From: Sinorhizobium meliloti
GTDB lineage: Bacteria > Pseudomonadota > Alphaproteobacteria > Rhizobiales > Rhizobiaceae
Assembly: GCF_017876815.1 (NCBI RefSeq)
Contig: NZ_JAGIOS010000002.1
Coordinates: forward strand, 690,001-722,000
Direction: 5' to 3'
DNA: 32,000 nucleotides
The notes beneath the pieces are model-generated. The model ran no database searches. It was given only the letters and a program-made list of their open reading frames with translations, and was not told the origin of the DNA. Both the position numbers and the translations under genes were made by a program. Positions 20,642 through 26,063 of the stretch are shown here, in pieces. Within the stretch, counting starts at the first letter, position 1, and each line of letters begins with the position of its first letter.

Positions 20642-21502
20642 ATGGCGCGGATAATGTCTCTCGCCGAGGCGGTAGAGGAGAATGTCAGAGACGGCGATAC
20701 GGTTGCGATGGAAGGCTTCACGCACCTGATCCCCTACGCCGCGGGGCACGAGGTGATTCGCCAAGGCCGGAAGGACCTGTTCCTTGTGCGCATGACGCCC
20801 GACATCCTCTACGACCAGCTGATCGGAGTCGGTGCGGCACGGGGCATGAAGTTCTCCTGGGGCGGCAATCCCGGCGTCGGCTCGCTGCACCGCTTTCGCG
20901 ATGCGGTCGAGAACCAATGGCCGCGACCGCTCGAGATCGAGGAGCATTCGCATGCCGCCATGGCCAATGCCTATGAGGCGGGTGCCGCGAACCTGCCTTT
21001 TGCGGCCTTCCGCGGCTATATCGGCGCCGACCTGCCTAAGGTGAACGTCAATATCAGAAGCGTGACCTGTCCCTTCACCGGCGAGGTGCTCGCCGCGGTG
21101 CCTGCAATCCGCCCGGACGTGACGATCATCCATGCCCAGCGTGCCGACCGCAACGGCAACGTCCTGATCGAGGGGATCGTCGGCGTACAGAAGGAAGCGG
21201 TGCTCGCCGCCAGGCGCTCGATCGTGACGGTCGAGGAGATCGTCGACGAACTCTCACCGCCCTCGCCCAATTCGGTGGTGCTGCCGGGTTGGGCGGTGAC
21301 TGCCGTCGCGCATGTGCCGGGCGGCGCCTTCCCGTCCTATGCGCATGGTTACTATCCCCGCTCCAACGCCTTCTACATCCGTTGGGACGAGATTGCCCGC
21401 GACCGGGAGACGTTCACCGCATGGATCAGGGAGAACGTCCTTGCCGCAAAGCCCGAGGACTTCGCCCGCCACGCTGCGAAGACCGCGGCCAAGGTTGCTT
21501 GA
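20642..21502 (+). CDS. pcaI: 3-oxoadipate CoA-transferase subunit A
   Basis: CoA-transferase family I alpha subunit (glutaconate-CoA-transferase-like). GGAGGAAAA Shine-Dalgarno. Operon with pcaJ and pcaF. Confidence 0.88.
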   Translation: MARIMSLAEAVEENVRDGDTVAMEGFTHLIPYAAGHEVIRQGRKDLFLVRMTPDILYDQLIGVGAARGMKFSWGGNPGVGSLHRFRDAVENQWPRPLEIEEHSHAAMANAYEAGAANLPFAAFRGYIGADLPKVNVNIRSVTCPFTGEVLAAVPAIRPDVTIIHAQRADRNGNVLIEGIVGVQKEAVLAARRSIVTVEEIVDELSPPSPNSVVLPGWAVTAVAHVPGGAFPSYAHGYYPRSNAFYIRWDEIARDRETFTAWIRENVLAAKPEDFARHAAKTAAKVA

Positions 21503-21514
21503 GGGGAAGAAAAA

Positions 21515-22300
21515 ATGACTGATTTCACCCCCACCGAGATGATGACGATCGCCGCGGCGCGCGCGCTTTCCAACGACGACGTCTGCTTCGTCGGCATCGG
21601 CGCGCCGTCAGCCGCCTGCAATGTGGCGCGGCTGACGCATGCGCCGGATATCACGCTGATCTATGAGAGCGGCACCGTCGGCACCAAGCCCGACGTGCTG
21701 CCGCTCTCGATCGGCGACGGAGAGCTATGCGATACCGCGCTCTTCACCGTCTCGGTGCCGGAAATGTTCCGCTACTGGCTCCAGGGAGGCCGGATAACCA
21801 CGGGCTTCCTCGGCGGCGCGCAGATCGATCGTTTCGCCAATCTCAATACGACCGTCGTTGGCCCCTATGACCATCCCAAGGTGCGCCTGCCGGGAGGCGG
21901 CGGTGCGCCGGAAATCGCCTCCAATTGCGGCCGCATCTTCATCACCATGGCGCTGACGAAGCGCGGCTTCGTGGAGAGGCTGCCCTTCGTCACCTCCATG
22001 GGACACGGCGAAGGCGGCAATCATCGGGAGCGGCTCGGACTGACGACCAGCGGCCCGACCCGGGTCATCACGGATCTCTGCATTCTGGAGCCGGATCCGG
22101 AGACGAAGGAACTGACCGTCGTTTCCATGCACCCCGGCGTCGCTCGGGATCAGATCGCCGGAAATTGCGGCTGGCCGATCAAATTCGCGGAGACCGTCAT
22201 CGAAACACCGGCACCGACCGAGACCGAGCTGGTCGTTCTGCGCGACATCAACGCCCGCACCAAAAAGGCCCATAAGGCCGCGGGAAAGGAGGCAGCGTGA
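21515..22300 (+). CDS. pcaJ: 3-oxoadipate CoA-transferase subunit B
   Basis: CoA-transferase beta subunit, 12 nt after pcaI. Its stop overlaps the pcaF start. Confidence 0.88.
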   Translation: MTDFTPTEMMTIAAARALSNDDVCFVGIGAPSAACNVARLTHAPDITLIYESGTVGTKPDVLPLSIGDGELCDTALFTVSVPEMFRYWLQGGRITTGFLGGAQIDRFANLNTTVVGPYDHPKVRLPGGGGAPEIASNCGRIFITMALTKRGFVERLPFVTSMGHGEGGNHRERLGLTTSGPTRVITDLCILEPDPETKELTVVSMHPGVARDQIAGNCGWPIKFAETVIETPAPTETELVVLRDINARTKKAHKAAGKEAA

Positions 22301-23502
22301 TGCGCGAAGCCTATATCTGCGACTATATCCGCACCCCGATCGGCCGCTTCGGCGGCTCGCTCGCTTCGGTGCGCGCCGACGACCTCGGCGCCATACCGCT
22401 GAAGGCGCTGATGGACCGCAACAGGTCGGTCGACTGGGAAGCGGTCGATGACGTGATCTTCGGCTGCGCCAACCAGGCGGGCGAGGACAACCGCAACGTC
22501 GCACGCATGTCGCTGCTGCTTGCGGGGCTGCCCGTCGCCGTTCCCGGCACGACGATCAACCGGCTCTGCGGATCCGGAATGGACGCGGTGATTGCGGCCG
22601 CGCGGGCGATCAAATGCGGCGAGGCCGAGCTGATGATAGCCGGCGGCGTCGAATCCATGTCGCGGGCGCCTTTCGTGCTGCCGAAGGCCGAGAGCGCGTT
22701 TTCGCGCAACGCCGAAATTTACGACACGACGATCGGCTGGCGCTTCGTCAATCCGCTGATGAAGGCGCAATATGGCGTCGACTCGATGCCGGAGACCGGC
22801 GAGAACGTCGCCGAAGACTACAAGGTCTCGCGCGAGGACCAGGACGCCTTCGCCCTGCGCAGCCAGGCAAAGGCCGCGGCCGCCCAGGCGAACGGCCGCC
22901 TTGCGAGCGAGATCGTCGCCGTCACCATCCCCCAAAGGAAGGGTGGCCCGGTCGTCATCGACCGCGACGAGCATCCGCGCGCCACGACGATCGAGGCGCT
23001 CGCCGGGCTCAAGACACCCTTCCGGGAGGGCGGCACCGTCACCGCCGGCAACGCTTCGGGCGTCAACGACGGCGCTGCGGCGCTCATCATCGCCTCCGAG
23101 GAGGCTGCCAGAAAGCATGGGCTGCGACCCATGGCCCGCATCCTCGGGGGCGCTTCGGCCGGCGTGCCGCCGCGCATCATGGGCATGGGACCGGTGCCCG
23201 CCTCGCAGAGGCTCATGACGCGGATCGGCGCGACGCAAGATCGGTTCGACGTCATCGAGCTCAACGAGGCTTTTGCCAGCCAGGGGCTTGCGGTCCTGCG
23301 CGCGCTGGGAATCGCCGACGACGATCCCCGCGTCAACCGGAACGGCGGCGCCATCGCGCTCGGCCATCCGCTCGGCATGTCGGGTGCGCGCATCACCGGA
23401 ACGGCAGCGCTGGAGCTTGCCGAAACGGGTGGCCGCACCTCGCTCTCCACCATGTGCATCGGCGTCGGCCAGGGCATCGCGGTGGCGCTGGAGCGGGTGT
23501 AA
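22300..23502 (+). CDS. pcaF: Beta-ketoadipyl-CoA thiolase
   Basis: Thiolase motifs (..NRLCGSGMDA.., ..NGGAIALGHPLGMSGAR.., ..CIGVGQG..). ATG 22300 overlaps the pcaJ TGA; an alternative GTG start is at 22297. Confidence 0.93.
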   Translation: MREAYICDYIRTPIGRFGGSLASVRADDLGAIPLKALMDRNRSVDWEAVDDVIFGCANQAGEDNRNVARMSLLLAGLPVAVPGTTINRLCGSGMDAVIAAARAIKCGEAELMIAGGVESMSRAPFVLPKAESAFSRNAEIYDTTIGWRFVNPLMKAQYGVDSMPETGENVAEDYKVSREDQDAFALRSQAKAAAAQANGRLASEIVAVTIPQRKGGPVVIDRDEHPRATTIEALAGLKTPFREGGTVTAGNASGVNDGAAALIIASEEAARKHGLRPMARILGGASAGVPPRIMGMGPVPASQRLMTRIGATQDRFDVIELNEAFASQGLAVLRALGIADDDPRVNRNGGAIALGHPLGMSGARITGTAALELAETGGRTSLSTMCIGVGQGIAVALERV

Positions 23503-23516
23503 GGCGGCGATGCTTT

Positions 23517-23668
23517 CCCCTCCCCAACCCCTCGCCACAACGGGGAGGGGCTTACGTGCGGCACCGTTTCCGGCTCTGCGTCGAGGTCTCCCGAGGCGAA
23601 ACGTCGAAACTGGCAGGCCATTGCCGCGGGCACCGAGCCCCTCGCCCTTGTGGGAGGGGTTGGGGAGG
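23517..23668. repeat. RIME-like palindromic mosaic element. Two roughly 32-35-nt arms (23517-23551 and 23637-23668) are inverted copies, and each arm can also fold on itself.
   Basis: Left arm CCTCCCCAACCCCTCGCCACAACGGGGAGGGGC versus reverse complement of right arm CCTCCCCAACCCCTCCCACAAGGGCGAGGGGC. Lies between convergent pcaF and acyP. Confidence 0.6.
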
Positions 23669-23694
23669 AGTTCTGCAGTGCCCGAGATCATCCG

Positions 23695-23979
23695 CTACCG
23701 TGTAATGCGAAATCCCGCCGGCGCTTCGACGGAAGAAGCCTCCTCGCTCGCGACATCGGCGACGAAAGCGCCGGGCGGTCCTTTCCAGAAATGGTCAAGC
23801 ATTCTGCTGACGGCCCCGTCCGGCCCGGCGATGAGGGCGGTCACCGAGCCGTCGCTCTCGTTGCGAACCCAGCCGTCAAGGCCGAGCCTTTCGGCCTCCT
23901 CGCGTGTCCAGTCGCGAAAGCACACGCCCTGTACCCGTCCGGTAATCCTGACCAGAGCGGCCCTGCGGTCCTTCGTCAT
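23695..23979 (-). CDS. acyP: Acylphosphatase
   Basis: 94 aa with the signature ..VRITGRVQGVCFR... AAGGAGGG Shine-Dalgarno before ATG 23979. The track ORF start 24096 is an upstream extension. Confidence 0.88.
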   Translation of the reverse strand: MTKDRRAALVRITGRVQGVCFRDWTREEAERLGLDGWVRNESDGSVTALIAGPDGAVSRMLDHFWKGPPGAFVADVASEEASSVEAPAGFRITR

Positions 23980-24051
23980 GACGTTGCCCTCCTTTCCCTT
24001 TCGAATCTGGCGCATATGGCGGCTAAGGCAAGCGTCTTCCTGACGCTGCCG

Positions 24052-24077
24052 ATGCCCGACCTCGGGCATTTCTTTAT
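24052..24077 (+). terminator. Intrinsic-terminator-like hairpin ATGCCCGA-CC-TCGGGCAT followed by TTCTTTAT. Preceded by a second hairpin at 24027-24050.
   Basis: Stem and U-rich tail read directly on the plus strand. No plus-strand gene is evident upstream. Confidence 0.35.
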
Positions 24078-24103
24078 CAGCCGGAAAAAATTTCATTTTC
24101 GGT

Positions 24104-24133
24104 CTTGAAGATGCTGCACTGCAGCATTATTAT
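24104..24133 (+). promoter_or_regulatory. sigma70-like promoter of the sRNA (CTTGAA / TTGAAG-N17-TATTAT). Its spacer is a perfect 17-bp palindrome ATGCTGCAcTGCAGCAT (24111-24127).
   Basis: Hexamers and palindrome read directly. AT-rich UP-like tract upstream (24076-24100). Confidence 0.5.
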
Positions 24134-24139
24134 ATAACT

Positions 24140-24256
24140 GTCGATGGAACACTCCTCCTCCCAGTTCCATCGCGGGATCGGCAACCCTCCTCCTCCCAGT
24201 TGCCGGTCAGGATCGAAAGCCCGGCGCACCTCCTCCCGCGCCGGGTTTTCTCTTTC
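24140..24256 (+). ncRNA. Trans-acting small RNA of the CCUCCUCCC anti-Shine-Dalgarno class (alpha-r14/alpha-r35 NfeR1-like, also called 'cuckoo' / CcsR-like). Three hairpins each present CCUCCUCCC in the loop, and the third is the terminator.
   Basis: Hairpin 1: stem 24142-50/24164-72, motif in loop at 24154-62. Hairpin 2: stem 24176-85/24199-208, motif at 24189-97. Hairpin 3: CCCGGCGC/GCGCCGGG at 24220-27/24238-45, motif at 24229-37, followed by TTTTCTCTTTC. The 5' end is approximate, inferred from the promoter. Confidence 0.75.
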
Positions 24257-24348
24257 AGCCGAGGCATTGAGCCGGCGGCGATCCCGAATTCCGTTATCCT
24301 TACAAGACAACACCGCGGTAAGATCCGAAACTTGGCCGGCACATAGCT

Positions 24349-24377
24349 GGGAACATTTCCGGAGCTAGGGCATCCAA
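24349..24377 (+). promoter_or_regulatory. ECF-type promoter P1 (GGGAAC-N15-GCATCCAA) upstream of the ECF sigma gene; putative autoregulation
   Basis: Same 6-mer, same 15-nt spacing and same 8-mer as 25084-25112. TTTC follows GGGAACr in both copies. Confidence 0.55.
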
Positions 24378-24398
24378 TATCCGAGAAGGAGCCCGACC

Positions 24399-25082
24399 AT
24401 GCCTACCGCTGAAACCGACCTTTGCCTGAATGCGCCGCCACCTGCGCAGGACCTCGCCCGTTTCCGCGCGATCATGCAGGCGCACAACCGCAAGCTCTAC
24501 CGGATCGCCCGCAGCATCCTGCGCAACGACAGCGATGCGGAAGACGTGCTGCAGGAGGCATATGTCCGGGCCTTCACGCGCTTTGAGGATTTTCGCGGCG
24601 ATGCGGCGATCACGACCTGGCTCGCCCGCATCGTCATCAACGAGGCGCTCGGCCGCCTGCGGAAAAGACGGCGACAGATGAGACTGGCCAAGTACATGCG
24701 GCAGTCGCAAGAGGCGGAGATCATCGCCTTTCCCCTCAATTCAGGCATCAGCGATCCGGAAAAGACGATGGCACAGCGACAAATCCTCGATCTCGTCGAA
24801 AGGCTGACGGACGATCTCCCGGACACCTACCGCACCGTATTCGTGCTGCGCGTCATCGAAGGGCTCGACAACGAAGAGGCGGCCGCCCTGCTTGGCCTCA
24901 AACCGGAAACGGCACGCACAAGGCTGCACCGGGCGCGCCGCATCCTGAAAGAGCAGCTGGAGCGGCAGATCGGCCCGGTTCTGCTCGATGCCTTTCCTTT
25001 CGCGGGAAAGCGTTGCGAGCGTCTGACCGAGGCGGTTCTTGCCCGCATCTCGCCTCGGCCCCCGGAACCGGACGGAAAATAG
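24399..25082 (+). CDS. ECF-subfamily RNA polymerase sigma-70 factor
   Basis: Sigma2 region (..DAEDVLQEAYVRAF..TWLARIVINEALGRLRKRRR) and sigma4 region (..YRTVFVLRVIEGLDNEEAAALLGLKPETARTRLHRARRILKE). GAAGGAG Shine-Dalgarno. Confidence 0.92.
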   Translation: MPTAETDLCLNAPPPAQDLARFRAIMQAHNRKLYRIARSILRNDSDAEDVLQEAYVRAFTRFEDFRGDAAITTWLARIVINEALGRLRKRRRQMRLAKYMRQSQEAEIIAFPLNSGISDPEKTMAQRQILDLVERLTDDLPDTYRTVFVLRVIEGLDNEEAAALLGLKPETARTRLHRARRILKEQLERQIGPVLLDAFPFAGKRCERLTEAVLARISPRPPEPDGK

Positions 25083-25083
25083 C

Positions 25084-25112
25084 GGGAACGTTTCGAGCCG
25101 CGAAGCATCCAA
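25084..25112 (+). promoter_or_regulatory. ECF-type promoter P2 (GGGAAC-N15-GCATCCAA) upstream of the DUF4142-cupredoxin genes
   Basis: Starts 2 nt after the sigma gene stop codon. Identical motif and spacing to P1. Confidence 0.55.
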
Positions 25113-25160
25113 AGCATGTCGTTCAAACCAGGCTTTGATCTTCGAGGAAAGGAACATCCC

Positions 25161-25685
25161 ATGACTATCAAACTGACGACCGCAGCGGCCGCAATCGCCC
25201 TCCTCTTCAGCACCGGCGGGGCACTCGGCAACGACAAGCCGACCGACCCCCAAATCGCCCACATCGCCTACACTGCCGGCGTGCTCGACGTCGAAGCCGC
25301 CAAACAGGCAATCGCGACGTCGAAGAACAAGACCGTCGTCGAATTCGCCGAGAGCATGCTGCGCGACCACGAGTCGGTGAACAAGCAAGCCCTCGATCTC
25401 GTCAAGAAGCTCAACGTCACGCCCGAAGACAACGACACGAGCAAATCCCTCTCGCAAGCGGCCGAGGCGAAACGCCAGGAGCTGGCGAAGCTTAAGGGCG
25501 GGGAATTCGACAAGGCCTATATCGAACACGAGGTCGCCTACCACAAGCAGGTCAACGGCGCGCTGGAAACGCTGCTGATCCCGTCGGCTCAGAATGCCGA
25601 ACTCAAATCGCTGCTCGAGACCGGACTGAAGCTGTTCCAAGGACATCAGCAGCATGCCGAACACGTCGCGGCCGCATTGAAGTGA
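25161..25685 (+). CDS. DUF4142 domain-containing secreted protein
   Basis: Signal peptide MTIKLTTAAAAIALLFSTGGALG. Helical repeats with ..DHE..NKQA.. and ..YIEHEVAYHKQV.. are typical of DUF4142. ATG 25161 with GAGGAAAGGAA Shine-Dalgarno. Confidence 0.8.
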   Translation: MTIKLTTAAAAIALLFSTGGALGNDKPTDPQIAHIAYTAGVLDVEAAKQAIATSKNKTVVEFAESMLRDHESVNKQALDLVKKLNVTPEDNDTSKSLSQAAEAKRQELAKLKGGEFDKAYIEHEVAYHKQVNGALETLLIPSAQNAELKSLLETGLKLFQGHQQHAEHVAAALK

Positions 25686-26011
25686 GCGCGGCGATGTTCA
25701 TAACGCGAGCGGCAATTGTCTTATTGTCGATGGGAGCGGCCGCCGCCGCCGCTCCTTCGCAGGCGGAAACCATCCAGGTGTCGATCGATCGCCTCGTCTA
25801 CCTGCCCGCGGAGATCGAGGCGAAGGTGGGCGACGAGGTCGAGTGGATCAACAGGGATGCGCTCGTCCACACGGCGACCGTCGAAGGCGGCGCGGACGTG
25901 CTTCTGCCGGCGAACAAAACCGGCCGGCTGGTGCTTCAGGAAGCGGGCAGCTTCGATTATATCTGCCGCTACCATCCCAACATGAAGGGCCGCATCACCG
26001 TGCGGCCGTGA
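25682..26011 (+). CDS. Cupredoxin (type-1 copper, amicyanin-like ligand loop) with signal peptide
   Basis: ..VGDEVEWINRDALVHTA..FDYICRYHPNMKGRITV gives His plus a C-x2-H-x2-M ligand set. GTG 25682 overlaps the upstream stop (GTGA); an alternative ATG is at 25694. Confidence 0.82.
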   Translation: MSAAMFITRAAIVLLSMGAAAAAAPSQAETIQVSIDRLVYLPAEIEAKVGDEVEWINRDALVHTATVEGGADVLLPANKTGRLVLQEAGSFDYICRYHPNMKGRITVRP

Positions 26012-26017
26012 TCCGCA

Positions 26018-26047
26018 GCTCCCTCTCGCCCGCAGGCCGGAGGGAGC
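26018..26047. terminator. Hairpin GCTCCCTC-N14-GAGGGAGC between the convergent cupredoxin and ftsK-like genes
   Basis: 8-bp perfect stem read directly. No U-tract. Confidence 0.3.
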
Positions 26048-26063
26048 AGAAGCGACCGATAAC

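Noticed and set aside
22150-23691. 513-aa minus-strand ORF opposite pcaF
   Set aside because: Antisense to an unmistakable thiolase, with low-complexity Arg/Ala/Gly composition and no Shine-Dalgarno. Shadow ORF.
24016-24108. 30-codon plus-strand ORF MAAKASVFLTLPMPDLGHFFISRKKFHFRS
   Set aside because: No ribosome-binding site, and it spans two RNA hairpins. It cannot be supported as a small protein from sequence alone.
24144-24368. 74-aa plus-strand ORF (and the 70-78-aa minus-strand ORFs at 24077-24342) in the acyP-sigma spacer
   Set aside because: They run straight through the three CCTCCTCCC hairpins and the terminator, giving PPPPS/GGGG artefacts, and have no Shine-Dalgarno. The region is better explained as an sRNA gene.
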